From positions 8,434,001-8,498,000 of the forward strand of contig NC_058383.1 of the NCBI RefSeq assembly GCF_018350175.1: a stretch of 64,000 nucleotides of DNA, written 5' to 3'. Each line of letters begins with the position of its first letter. Position 1 is the first letter of the stretch. The notes below the pieces were generated by a model, which saw only the letters and a program-made list of their open reading frames with translations, searched no databases and was not told the DNA's origin. This DNA is from Felis catus. Its lineage: Eukaryota. Below are positions 22,835 through 35,664 of this stretch, piece by piece. The translations under genes and the position numbers were made by a program.

Positions 22835-23526
22835 TTTTTTTTATGTTTATTTTTTTAATCTTTTTTTTAACGTTTATTTATTTTTGAGACAGAGCATGAA
22901 CGAGGGAGGGGCAGAGAGAGAGGGAGACACAGAATCGGAAGCAGGCTCCAGGCTCTGAGCCATCAGCCCAGACCCTGACGCGGGGCTCGAACTCACAGAC
23001 CGCGAGATCGTGACCTGAGCTGAAGTCGGACGCTTAACCGACTGAGCCACCCAGGCGCCCCTTAATGTTTATTTTTGAGAGAGAGCAAATGCAAACGAGG
23101 AGGGGCAGAGAGAGAGGGGGGCAGAGAGAGAGGGGGACAGAGGATCCGAAGTGGGCTCCACGCTGACAGCAGAGAGCCCGATGCGGGGCTCGAGCTCACG
23201 AACTATGAGATCATGCGCTGAGCCGAAGTCAGAGGCTCCACCCGACGGAGCCATCCAGGCGCCCTGGGATTTTTTTTCTTACTGACTTAAAGGAATTTCT
23301 TATTTATTCTTTTTTTGTTTAATTTTTTGAAATGTTTATGTATTTGAGAGAGAGAGAGCATGAGCGAGGGAGGGGCAGAGAGAGAGAGACACACACAGAA
23401 TCCGAAGCAGGCTCCAGGCTCTGAGCTGTCAGCATAGAGCCCGACGCGGGGCTCGAACTCACGAACTGTGAGATCATGACCTGAGCCGAAGTCGGACGTT
23501 CAACCGACTGAGCCACCCGGACGCCC
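22835..23526 (-). mobile_element. SINE cluster: young SINE (~22860-23062) inserted in the tail of an older SINE (to 23264), plus another SINE (~23310-23526)
   Basis: Three reverse SINE heads; atgtttattttt is duplicated on both sides of the inner copy. Confidence 0.88.
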
Positions 23527-23994
23527 GGAAAGGAAGGACTTTGAATTAAAGTTCAATTCAGAGAACAAATGCCCTGATTTATCTGCACTATTTCAGGTGG
23601 CTGGGGCCGGGGGGGGCACCTGGACAGGTTGGTGGGAGAGTTAAAAACCCCTCAGCCATTGCTGGTGCCGTGTCTGGTCTGGTCTAGAGCCAGGAGGCGG
23701 GAATTTCTTTCTCCAGTGGAGACAGGAGGAGCAGCCAGGACAGGCAGGGCCAGGATGCACCAGCCAGGATTCAAGGGGAGCCGCAGGGGGAGAGGGAAAC
23801 AGGAAGAGAGAGGGCGGGGAGAGGGCCCTTCTTCCTAAGGAGGACACCTTCCTGCCGACGATGAACTGCACAGGGTTGCACGTGCTCCATGCTTCCTCCC
23901 TCCGCGCTGACCTGCCGGCCAGTGGCTCTGACCCCGGGGGAGGGCGGTATCTCTGGCCTGCATGGCCTAACCTCACCATCCACCTGCCTGGGGG

Positions 23995-24410
23995 ACTGTG
24001 ACATTTAATCTCCTATGCCGTCTTGGCAAAGCCATGGTGCCCAAATACTTGGTGGGAAATGGTAGTCTGAATGTGTGTCTTAGTGGAGATAAAATCTGTG
24101 GTCTCTGGGTAAAGCAGATACCCTCCAGGATGTGGGTGGGCCTCATCCAATCAGTTGAAGGCCATAATAGAAAAAAAACTTCCCTCACCTCCCACCTCCT
24201 CCCCCCCCCCCCCCCCCGCCTCCAGCAAGAAGGAATTCTGCCAACAGACTTTGGAATCAGACTGTAACTTTTCCCCGCGGGCTTGGGATTTACAACTTCC
24301 ATGATAGCATAGGCCTATTCCTTAAAATAAATCTCAGGCGCTCTCTCTCTTTCTCGCTCTCACTCTAGCTCTCTCTGTCTCAGCTAACTATACCCTGTAG
24401 GAGGAACACC
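23995..24410 (+). mobile_element. MLT2 (ERVL-class) solo LTR
   Basis: gccatggtgcccaaatacttggt...gtaaagcagataccctccaggatgtgggtgggcctcatccaatcagttgaaggcc...ttccttaaaataaatct resembles MLT2. Confidence 0.7.
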
Positions 24411-26371
24411 TGCTATGAGCCTGGCTTGGGGCAGAGGGAGAAGTCAGGCTTCCATCGCAACAAGGAAGGTAGTGAGGTCCCCCACGGCTTCCACAGGCGG
24501 AGAGTAAGTGCTCAGTTAATATTGTCAAACGAGTGGTGAGTGAATGAAGGTTGTGGCGGGGTCTCCAGCCCTGGGGGATTGGGCCAGGGCGGGGGTGGGT
24601 GGGTGCATACAAGACTGAACTCTCAAAGACAAGGGCAGGCCTTTCCTCTCCCCGCCCCACCTCAGGGCCCTGCACGGGGCTGGGCACATCGGGGTTTGTA
24701 GTGAAGCCTCGCGAGGTCGTGATCCTCCTCCCACCCGACCCTGGGGCACAGAGGTGCAGCAGACGCCTCGCATTGACCTCGGGGTGGTCACGCTGTGGGG
24801 AGCCTGCAAGGCGCCCCAAAGAACCAGGGACACTGTTTGAAGTCTCGGCACCTTCCAAGGATTCGGTTTAACAAGCTGGGCTCTGCGGGCACCTGGATGA
24901 AAGACGCCATATAAAAACATGAGATAATTACCAATTAAAGCCATTTTCTTAGAAACAGGAAGGTCCCATGTGCCAAGAGTAAACAGTGGGGGCCAGGCGC
25001 TGCCCGGGCGGAGGACCCGACGAGGGCCTGGAAAGGCGGTCTGGGTGGGCGCGGAAGCCAGCATGAGTCAGAGCGCGGGGTCCCGCGGGGCCAGGGCAGG
25101 TGAGAAGTCAGCAGAGATGCGGCAGCAGGGCCCCCCAGGGCCCCCACCCTGCAGCCCTCCACCCTGCCCGGCAGGAGTAAAGGAAGGCCCGCCCCAGCCC
25201 GGTTGCTGGGGCTGCTCCTTCTCACTCAGGGTCACCCCGACGTCCTCTGCGGGATGTAACCTCCGTGAAGAGACAGACAGAGGGCAGCTGGCCCTGCGGC
25301 TCCCGTTCCATTAATGTCGCAAATATCTACTGAGCCCCTCCCGTGTGACGCTCTCTGCTTGGACTGGAGCAGTGGGCAAGAGGCGAACGGGCATGGCCGT
25401 GGTCCCAGGGCAACCTGCTCAGCAGCCACGCCTCCCCGGTGCTTCCCGTGGACCAGGCACTGGGTCCAGTGCTTTCCCTGGGCCGGCCCATCGGACCTGC
25501 ACCCCAGCCCCAGAAAGTTAGGGTCCCCGTGTTCAGAGGAGGCTAAGTGACTTCCCCAGTTCACCCAGCGCACAAATGAGCCGTTCCTGGCTGAGCTAGT
25601 GACCACCGCCTTGCACCGCACGGTCCCCAAGTTCCTCGGCATCTGCCCCGCCTGCAGCTCGGAGGCCGGTAAATGAGGTCCTCGGAAGACTGCGTGGCAT
25701 CTGTCCCTCAACGGGCAGCCGCATCTTGCAGAACCCCAGCCTCCGGGGGGCGGGGAGGTCCCCAGCTTCTCCCCTGCAAGCCCCTCCGAGCCAGATCGGG
25801 AAGTCAGGCTCTTCCTCCCGGTCACTGAGAACCATCCATCCAACCTTCCAAGCCAGCGAGCTGGGACCAGCTCCGGCCTCTCCTGCTGCGCGTCCTCTGC
25901 ATCCCGTTCACACACCGAGGGCCGAGGCTGCGTTTCCCACCCGCCCTGGCCACCCGGTGACCTGCTTGCCTCTCGCTGCTGGTTAATTCCTGCTTCCCTG
26001 CCCCGTGGGAAAGTTCCTGGTAAACTGTAACATCCCCAACAGTGGAGGCGAGTCTTAAGACAGTCTTCAAACACGAGTCAAATGTAGAGGCGTGGCCCAG
26101 TGTCCCCAAACCACGTGGCACTCGGAGATGGAGAGTGAACATTCCACGCGGGAAGTGACCTGCTGTGGCCGCCGTGCTGAGTGGATCGGGTCTCAGCTAC
26201 CCCCGGGGAGCTATGACCACCCCCAGCTCACAGGTGAGGAACTGGGCCCTCAACGAATGGGGGGGCGTCGTGTTGGCGAGAGCCCAGCTCTTTCTTCGAC
26301 GCCTCCTGAATTCATTTCTATTGCCGCATAAAACGTAACCACAGATCTAGTGACTTCACAACGTACACGTG

Positions 26372-26573
26372 TTTGGTTTTGATTTTTAGAGATAGGGCAA
26401 GTGGGAGAGAGGGGCGGAGAGGGAGGGAGAGAGAGCGGGGGGGAGAGGATCTTCAGCAGGCTCCATGCTCAGGGCAGAGCCTGACATGGGGCTTGATCCC
26501 ACAGCCCCGGAAACATGACCAGCACCGAAATCAAGAGTTACACACTCAACTGACTGAGCCACCCAGGCGTCCC
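26372..26573 (-). mobile_element. Older Can-SINE, apparently within an MLT1-like remnant (~26310-26830)
   Basis: Reverse head gactgagccacccaggcgtccc; flanks acacgtgtttg and atacgcgtttt resemble a decayed TSD. Confidence 0.8.
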
Positions 26574-27954
26574 TCAACATACGCGTTTTGATGTCACGGT
26601 TTCCGTAGGGCAGGAGTCTGGACAGCTGAGTGACCAGTGAGGAGTCTCTCCAGCCTGCCAAGATGGAGGCTGATGTCACGAGACAGTCATGGGCGGGGCA
26701 TCCCATCCCTTGGGCCATATTTACTCGGCTAGAAGCAAGTCACAGGGCCACCCACACTCAAAGGGTAGGGGTTCCACAAAAGCACCACCAACAGGACAGA
26801 TGTCATGGGACACCGCCTTAGGGACTGTAACCGATGCGCCCCAGGAGGGATGAGGGGCCCGGCCGAGCCCAGTGGGGTCATCACAGGTCAGGCTTCCGGA
26901 AACAGACGCTGACACCGAGTTTGCGACGCAACAGGCTTATTAAGGATCACGCCTGTGAGGGGAGCAGGGAATCAGGATCGGGCGTCGGACAAATCCTCGG
27001 CCCCTCGGGCTCAGGGTGCCGCAGAGACTGGGACCCGCTGAAGTCTCCCAGCCGGGCCCGAGGTGGCCGGACCTTAGACCCTCGCCTTGCTCGGTCACCG
27101 GGTGTGGACTGTCCCAGGAGACCGTGACCCGAGGCAGGCCGACCCTGACGACGGCTCGCTCTCCCTCTGGGCAGGTCCGAGGGGGGTGGGGGGACATCGG
27201 GGGGGGCCCGTAATCCGGTCAAGGGGGGGCTGCCTTTGCTCGGGGAGAGCTCATCTGTTTCTAAGAAACGCTGATCTTCTTGGGAGAGCACCAGGGGATG
27301 CCCGGGTCCCCCACACAGCCCGGCACCTTCCTGCCAGGGTATCACATCAAAACTCTCACCGTGTCGGACGCTCATCTCAGGAGCTTCCTCTGAGCCACGG
27401 GGTCCGAGCTTCAGGCTGGACTCTGTCACCACAGTGAGGGCTCGAAGGGGCCCTGTGACCCTGTGGTCCATTCCCCTGGTCCTGTGGTGGGAAACTGAGG
27501 CCCAGAGAAGAGAAGGAGGGGAGGGGTGCCTTCAGCCCTGCGGCCGAGGGCAACCCGGCCTCAGACCCACCTGTCCCCTCCCGGAGGTCCCACCGGGGCC
27601 TCTCGGGACCTGCCCGGCGAGGCTCCCAGGGATGGCACTGAGGGGCTGTTGCCTCCCTCGGGTCCTGTGTTCGTCTGCTCCGCCTGCCCTCCCACCGTCC
27701 CCCCGAGCGGGGGGCTTAAACACCAGGACTCCGTGCCTCAGTTCTGGAGGCCGGCTGTCCAAGTCAGGGTATCGGCAGGGCCTGCTTCTCCTGAGGCCTC
27801 TCCTTGGCCTGCAGACGGCAGCCTTCTCCCTGTGTTCCGACGTGGCCTTTCCTGGTCTGCTCCTCTTACAAGGACCCCAGCCCTACCGCCTCAGGGCCGC
27901 CTTGCGATGCCATTTAAACTGAATTACCTCTTTATTTTTTTTAATCTTTGGGTT

Positions 27955-28372
27955 TTTTTTTTCTAATGTTTTATTTATTTTTGAGAGAGAAAGAACATGC
28001 ACAAGATAGGGAAGGGCAGAGGGAGGGACAGAGAACCCAAAGCGGGCCGCACGCTGACCGCAGAGAGCCCGATGCCGGGCTCGAACTCACGGACTGTGAG
28101 ATCATGACCTGAGCCACGCAGACGCCCCTTAATTATCTCTTTAAAAGCTCCGTCTCGGGGCGCCTGGGTGGCGCAGTCGGTTAGGCGTCCGACTTCAGCC
28201 AGGTCACGATCTCGCGGTCCGGGAGTTCGAGCCCCGCGTCAGGCTCTGCGCTGATGGCTCAGAGCCTGGAGCCTGCTTCCGATTCTGTGTCTCCCTCTCT
28301 CTCTGCCCCTCCCCCGTTCATGCTCTGTCTCTCTCTGTCCCAAAAATAAATAAACGTTGAAAAAAAAAAAAA
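27955..28372. mobile_element. Head-to-head SINE pair (27955-28128 minus; 28157-28372 plus, young), next to an MLT1 remnant (~27710-27930)
   Basis: Recognisable SINE bodies in opposite orientation separated by ~28 bp. Confidence 0.88.
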
Positions 28373-28879
28373 TGAGACTTCGGAGACATCTGCCCTACCC
28401 TCTCCCTCTCCTCCTGCATCCGATCCCCACCACACCCTCTGCTCCCTGCTTGTCACCCCAAGGCCCCTGCTCAGCTCCAGTGAGTGCCCAGACACACCCA
28501 CCGTCCCCACTTTGGGGACCCCTACTTTGCAGCCATCCCAGGAGGCCAAATTAGCCATTTGCCCCAATACTCCTCACCCACTCGCACCTCCAGACACACA
28601 GGTGTCTCGTTCACCAAGCCCTTCCTGTCTTTTAGGACCCAGACATTCCTGCGGGAAGCCCTCCATGATTGCAGTGGCCCATCCCGACATAATCAGATTA
28701 GCCACCTTGAACTGAGGGTCCAGGCCTCGCGTATATTTTCACTAAGAACAAAAGCCTGGGTAGGGATCACTTCCCCCATTTTGCAGATGAGGCAACCGAG
28801 GCTCAGAAAGGCTAAGGCCAAGGCCAAGTTCAGTACCTCCATGTCATACTCAGTGGTGAAAGGTTGAAAGCTCTTCATC

Positions 28880-29400
28880 TCAGATCAGGAAAAGACAAAG
28901 ATGTCCACTCTCACCACTCCTAATCAACCCAGTACTGGAAACCCTAGCCGGAGCAGACGGGCAAGAAAAAGAAAGAAAAGCCATCAGAACTGAAAAGGAA
29001 GAAGTGAAAACGTCTGCTTGAGGGGCGCCTGGGTGGCTCAGTCGGTTGAGCGTCCGACTCTTGATTTCGGTTCAGGTCATGATCTCGCAGGTTGTGGGTT
29101 CGAGCCCCACATCGGGCTCTGTGGTGTCAGCTCGGAGCCTGATTCAGTTCCTCTGTAACCTCCCCCACCCCTCCCCCACTAGTGCACGCGCACTCTCTCT
29201 CTCTGTCTCTCAAAAATAAATAAACATTAAAAAAAAAAAAAAAAAAGGAAATCCTGCCATTTGTGACAACGTGGCTGGACCTTGAGGGCATCGTGCTAAG
29301 TGAGAGAGGTCCCACAGAGAAAGACAGACACCATACGTGGAATTTAAAATAAAAACAAAAACCAAACTCCTAGAAAAAGAGATCAGGTCTGTGGTTACTA
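28880..29400 (+). mobile_element. L1 fragments (RT region ~28880-29020; ORF2 end ~29247-29400) with an intervening Can-SINE (29022-29246)
   Basis: aagatgtccactctcaccactcctaatcaacccagtactggaaaccctagcc resembles the RT motif GCPLSPLLFNIVLE. ggaaatcctgccatttgtgacaacgtggctggaccttgagggcatcgtgctaagtga resembles the L1 ORF2 end. Confidence 0.8.
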
Positions 29401-29930
29401 GAAGCCCTTTATTATGTGTCGGGTATAACTCAATAAAGCTGGTCGGAAGAAAAAAAAAAAAAACTCCTGGGGGAGGGAAGAGTGGTGTCACCTGGGGTCA
29501 GCCCCACCTCCCCACCCCCCACCCCCACCCCTACCCCCTCAGGCCTGGGCCTAGAAGGTGTCTCCAGTATTTGGGTTTTCTCCCTTCCATTTCCTAGCTG
29601 GCATTTCTGCTCTAGGTAAACTGAGCTGCAGAAAAGCCAGAGGAGGGAAGCGTGTGGGAGGGTGACCGAGCATCCCAGCCCCCCCAGACCGAGGGGTTTC
29701 CCAGAACAGGGTTTATTGAGTGGGTGGCCCACCGTGGCCGCACGCGCGGCCCCATGGGAGGAGCTGGCCAAGGCCTGCAGGGCGGGCCCAGGGTGGCCTC
29801 AGGGGTCTCCGGAAGGTAGAGAGGCAGGGAGGGCTCAGGGAGTGGCCTCCCCAGGGGAGTCCCCTGAGCGCGTCAGAGAAGCTGTCTCTCTTCCCTTCGC
29901 TGGAGCCCTCGTCCTCCTCATACGTCCCAC

Positions 29931-29998
29931 CAGGACCAGAGCTTCCAGAATACTGAAGTCACCCCAGGACCAGAGCTTCCAGAATACTGAAGTCACCC
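29931..29998 (+). repeat. Perfect 34-bp tandem duplication
   Basis: caggaccagagcttccagaatactgaagtcaccc x2. Confidence 0.95.
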
Positions 29999-32900
29999 AG
30001 CCGGGAAACGGTGGAGCTGGGATTCAAACCCAGGCGTTCCCAGCCTCTCTATCCTTCTCCGACCGAAAGCAGGAAGCAGGCAGCTTCATCACCCGCCCAC
30101 TCAGTCACCTGCCACTCCTGTGGGGACCAGGTGCTGCCCTCAGAGCGGAGGACTCTGGAGGACTCCGACACCCCTCCTGTCCCAGGAAGCCGCCCCTCCC
30201 AGGAGCTGGGAGAGAGGCCGGTCCGGGGGGGGGGGCCCTGCACCAACCTAGGCTTAGGGAGGGTGGGCTGGACACTGCGGGTTCCCCGCCCCCCCATGCC
30301 CATTCTCCTCTCCTTCCTTCCTACAGAACCCTGACTCTGTGCCTACTCAAGGTGCCACATTTCTCAGTCTCTCTTGAAGACAGAGGTAATCGTGTCACTA
30401 AATTCTTGCCCGGGACACGTGAAAGGCACCGAGCGTTGTTTCTAGGAAAGCACCTCCGGAGGGAGGCACGGACCCAAACTGCACTTTCCGCTTCCTCCTT
30501 TGTGCCACCAAGGATGGAGATGTGATGGCTGGAGCGGTAGCAGCTGCCTCAAGCCCAGGAGGGGACTCCGATGATGGAAGGCACGCAGTAAGGATGGTGA
30601 AGGAGCCAGGGATATTAAGAACGTCCTGGAGTCCTAGCTCCAGCCTTGAACCTCCTGTTTGTCACATGCTAAACCCCTGGTTTTTTTAAGCTCCACTTAA
30701 GTGGAGGACACTCTGTGTTATTCACAGCCACACACAGTCCCTGCCTGGTACAAAATACTTTTTGGAAGAGGAAATGCCTGAGTTTCGTCTTCAAGGAAGC
30801 AGTTCAGCGGCAGACTGAGCACAGGTAACACCAGCACCTTCCCGGCCGCAACACAGCTTTTTTTTTTTTTTTAACCCATTGCCCCTGGAAACCCTCACGA
30901 GGTCCCCTGAGCGGGAAAGAGGGCAGAGGTCACCATCCCTTCGAGGGCCCGAGGAACCACGGCTCCCAGGGGGTCTGTGACCACACTGTCCCCAGGCCTC
31001 CTGCCTCTGCCCAGCTCTCCCGCCTGCCCCCGGCCCACTGCTCCAGGCCCCGCCTCCCCCCTGGGCCCCCTCTCCCTGCCCTGCAGAGACCACACTTCAG
31101 CCTCAAGCCGGCGCCCGCCCTGAGCCCTCGAGGAGCCGGGCCCCCGCTTCCCGGCAAGCGTGTTTCCACAGCCCGGTTTACAGTTGTTGAACTACTTTCG
31201 TCAAATTAATTAAATACACGCTAAATCCCCTCCAATTTGTTGGGCGATAAATCAGAGATGCTGAGATTGTGAAGTGCACAACAAAACCTGTTGACTCTGA
31301 TAAAACCCACACGAGAGCCCGAGTCGAACGTCAGACGGTCCGGAATCTGCTTCTGCCGGGACATCGTCGGAGCGGGGCTTCGGGCTCCCGGCCCCCCCCC
31401 CCGCCTCAGCGGCCAGGGTCCCCACCTGACATGGTGACTCAAGGCACAGAGGGAGGGGACAGGCCCCAGGTCACTGGAGAAAATGACGCACGGAGGCCAG
31501 GAAGGCAGAACATAGAGTCCTTACTCCCATAGCCCTGGTGCCGTAGCACATACGGTAACTCAGGTCACACTCGGGTAACCCTCTGGAAGCAGACTGCTAT
31601 CGCCCCACTGTGCAGAGGAGTAAGTGGAGACACAGAAATTGACTGGCCAAGTGCACACAGTCCAGGGTGTAGAGGAGCCAGGAGAGGGCCGAGCAGTCCC
31701 CTGCCTCGGCTGCAGAGGCTGTGCTGGGCAGCACTATGCACACAGGATCCTCTTCTGGCTCTGCCTCCGGTCCCAGGCACGGCCTGGGCAGAACCAGTCA
31801 CCACAGGCCAGACCCGAACCCCCCACCCCCCGGGCCGGCACGCCGGGGGCGCCACCCCCCGAGCTCAGCCCAACCACGTGCTCTGGGCGTCTCGGGGCCC
31901 AGAGCTCGGGTCACAGAGATCCAGATCCAGGCCTCGTCTCGGCTTCCACCCCGGTAAGGGGACCCTGCAGGATTCCCCTCGCTGAGTCCCCGAGTCCCTC
32001 CAAGCAACATGGATTGAGCACATCTTCCAAACCTCGAAACCCAAAGCGGATGGTCATTGTTGGCAGGGCTGAGGCCGCTTCTGGGGCCGACGGGGAAGAA
32101 GATGAGAACGGAGCCGGCCCGGCCCCTCCTGCCGGGGACGGTGCAGCCATGGGAACGAGTGAGGAGAGGGGACACCGAAGCTGAGGTTTTGAAGGATGAG
32201 TAGAAGTTCTCCAGACGGAGAAGGGAGGCCAGGCACGGAGTGGGAAAGGGGGAATTCAGTCTGTCTGCGGGACACTGCCTTTGCCTCTCGATTTTTCCAG
32301 AAAGATCACTGGGGGTGGGGGGTGGGGGGGCATTCGGTGTGGCTGACATAGGAACAAGGAAACGGCGGGGACTTGTCTGTGAAGGTGGTGAGTGGAGACG
32401 CTGCAGGGAGGCTGGGACACCAGGTAAGGGCCGTGGTCCCTCTGCACGACTGACAGCTGCAGAGACATTCGGGGCAGAGAGAAGTAGGAAGCAATCGCTG
32501 GCCACAGACGCAGAGCTGGACCAGAACTAGAAAACCAGGAGTCTGGTGAAATGGTGCCGGTAAGAATGGAGATGCCTGGAGCGGGGGGCGCCTCCGTGGG
32601 AAGGGCACTAATTCGAGGGTCAGTAATGGGGTACAGCCGACAGGAGGTGGCCGGGGGGCAGAGGAGGGAGGCAGGCATGGGGCGCCCCCTGCTTGCTCCG
32701 ATGCGGGTAACGGTGCACACGTTCGGGCTCCATCAGCAGCAGAGCCACTGTGAGTTTTATAGCACAGCAATTAGCCTTACTGCCCCGGGGGAGGGTCTGG
32801 GAAGTAAAGGTCCAAAGCGGGAAGTTTTACGGGGACCCGGGGACCGTCACCAGCCAGCCCTCTGTAGCAGAGGCACCAGCGGAGCTCGTGGACAAGCTGG

Positions 32901-34639
32901 AAGTCAGGCGGGTCCAGCAGCTGGCGCAGGAGGCCGGGGCCAGTGTAGACACCGGCAGAAGTCTAGGGAAGGCCGCCTTGTCTTTGCAGCCTCCACTCGG
33001 TGAGATCACAGCCGAGCATCCGGTGGAAATACTGGGTCACTGTGAGTCAGCAGGGCCAGCAGTCTGGAGGGAGCACTGGCCGCGGGTCAGGAGGAGGACA
33101 TGTAGATGAAGGAATGGGGACAAGCTGGCCCCCGCTGGCACTTCTGTGTCCGTCCCTCCCATCGCGAGCCATGGTGGCCCTCCAAGCACAGATTTCTTCG
33201 CCGGCGAATTCTAACTCAGACTCCTAGAGGAGAGGAGATTCCAGGAAGCAAGTTTCCTGCCAGGCCACTTGACTCAGCACAAACCACCATGGAGGAAAGA
33301 CACAGCCACTTGCTGAGACCAGGCATCCGGCTGTGGGTGGGGGGTGGGGGGTGGTTTACAGGTACACGGCCATGAGACCACGGTATAGTTGTGTATGTTG
33401 TTCAGTGCTCAAGTGCTCTTGGCTAAGGGAACGGTGGGGGCTGAACCCCTGCCCCTGGCATGAAGCTGCTTCTTCCTGGAGGAAGGGGTGTCTTTTTCTA
33501 ATTGGCATGAGATCCCCTTGGAGCGCGGGCAGGGGTGGGGAAAGAGTATGTGTTCCACGCTTGAGGAGTGTCCGTGGGCTTGAGCTGCTCCCAGGGCTTG
33601 TCTTTCCCACCTGAGGCCAGCAGAAAGGGGCCACAGGTTGGATTGAGGGTCGGACGAACCAGTAACAGGCTCAGGATGACCGTCCTAAAATCCCCAGAGG
33701 GCGGGGCTAGGCCCAGAAGAGGGGTGCAAAAGGGGATAGAGGCTGACTTGCTCCGAGGGAGAATTTTGCTGTGGGCAGAGCTATTTCAGATAGAGCGAGC
33801 CGCCTTTGGAGGTGATGAGCTCCCGGTCCCCGGAGATGTGCAAGCAGGACCGGAGACTGGGTCCAGGAGACATTATGAAGCATCGGGTAGCAGTTCAGCC
33901 ACCTGCCCCTCCCGGGCCGTGAGTCAGAAATAAGCAAAGCCTCTGAGGATGGGGGGGGGGGGGAGTCCACACCGCCCCCCCCCCAGCCCTCCCCGCACCC
34001 TTCTCCCAGCTCACTTCTCTCTGGAACCAGCTTGGGTATTTAGAAGATTAATTTCATGTTTGTGCAAAGCAGGGGATTAGGAGGGGAGGAGACTGAAGTT
34101 CTCTGTAGGTTGTTAAGAAAACATCATCTAAAAAAAGACTCTGGCAAAATTGCTGTGGATACCAGTTACGGCTGAATGCGCCACTTACCTCCAACAACCC
34201 AGGGCTTTTAGCTGGTAATTTGCTGTCATTCTCCGCAGTTTCAAAACCCTCGGGCTCCGGGACGTTAGAAGACAGAGCACGAGGGGGTTGCCTCCTCCCT
34301 CAGAGCCGGAAGCCGTGGGGACGTCCTACCACCGCCGCTGTCCGGCCGGGGTCCGGGCTACGGACCTCACACACAATCCTGCCGTGGGGCTTCCTGGCTC
34401 CTCCGTGCACCGCGGCCGCCTCCTGCATTACATCTCAGCGCTCCCGGGGGAGCCAGGGGAGAGATGGAGGCTCAGAGAGGGCGTAGGTTCGCCCCAGCAC
34501 ACACAGCAAGCTGCTGACTCCAGTCCAAAGCTCCTCCTCTGAGCTGCCATTTGCACAAGAGAAGGAGGCCGTGGGAGTCGCGACTCCACAGCAGGCCTTT
34601 CCTCGGGGCCCCAGGGGCACAGCCGCTGCCACTCGTGTC

Positions 34640-35375
34640 CTCCTTTTTTTTTTTCTTTTCGGTAACAGCCTTATTGCGATCTAATTCACATACCACACAC
34701 TTCCCCTGTTTAAAGTATACACCTCGGGGCGCCTGGGCGGCTCAGTGGGTTCAGCGTCCGACTTGGGCTCAGGTCACGATCTCACGGTCCGTGGGTTCGA
34801 GCCCCGCGTGGGGCTCTGTGCTGACAGCACGGAGCCTGGAGCCTGCTTCGGAGTCTGTGTCTCCCTCTCTCTCTGCCCTTCCCCACTCACGTTCTGTCTC
34901 TCTCTCTCAAAAATAAAGAAACATGAATAAAAGAAAGCGTGCGAGTCAAGAGTTTTTTTGGTACGTTCACAGGGTTGCGCAGCTGTTGCCACAATCGATT
35001 TTTTAGGACATGTCCTTCGCCCCCCGAAAGAAACCCTGTACTTTTCGGTCGCCCTCCCAGGGCCCCCGGCAGCCGCTAATCTGCTTCCTGTCGCTGTGGA
35101 TTTGCCGATCCTGGGCATTCCGCAGGTGCAAACGATACGCTACGCGCTTGCCCTCGCCCGGCACAGCGTTTTGAGGTCCCTCCGCGCCGTAACGTGTACC
35201 GGCACGCCCTTCCGTTTCCTGGCTGCGTAATATCCCATTGTGATGCGCCTGCCATATTTTGTTCCTCCCTTCATCCACGGACGGTCGTGTGGGTCGTTTC
35301 CGCTTTCTAGTTGTTGCGAACGGTGCTGCGAGGGACACGGGTGGGCCAGCTTTTGTGTGGGCGTGTGTTTCTGCG
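34640..35375 (-). mobile_element. Old L1M 3' end interrupted by a plus-strand feline SINE (34726-34935)
   Basis: T tail followed by aacagccttattgcgatctaattcacatacc...tttaaagtatac and ...aatatcccattgtg...ttcatccacggacggtcgtgtgggtcgtttcc, resembling reverse L1 3' sequence. Confidence 0.75.
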
Positions 35376-35664
35376 TCCCTTGGGTGCTTCTGTCTTTTTG
35401 AAGGGAAGACTAACCTGAGGGCGGGGGAGAGGATCAGACAGGAAAGATCACAGAGGGCGGGGTGGTCTCGGCAGGCTTCCTGGAGAAGGCGCACGGCCCT
35501 TGGGCTTGAAGGGCAGATAGGAAGGGGAGACACAAAGGGGCTGGGAGAGGCATTCCCTGGTGGGAGAAGCAGGTGAGCAGAGGTATGGAGAGGAGGCCAT
35601 CCTGCTACCTTGGCATCTTTTGAAGTAGCCTCCAGAACTCTGGGAGGTGGGAGGTGGGAGGCCC

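Noticed and set aside
23971..23980. Alternative ATG|gtgagg candidate for MYL10 exon 1
   Set aside because: No TATA box, abuts an MLT2 LTR, weaker Kozak context, and ~11 kb further away than the 12545 candidate.
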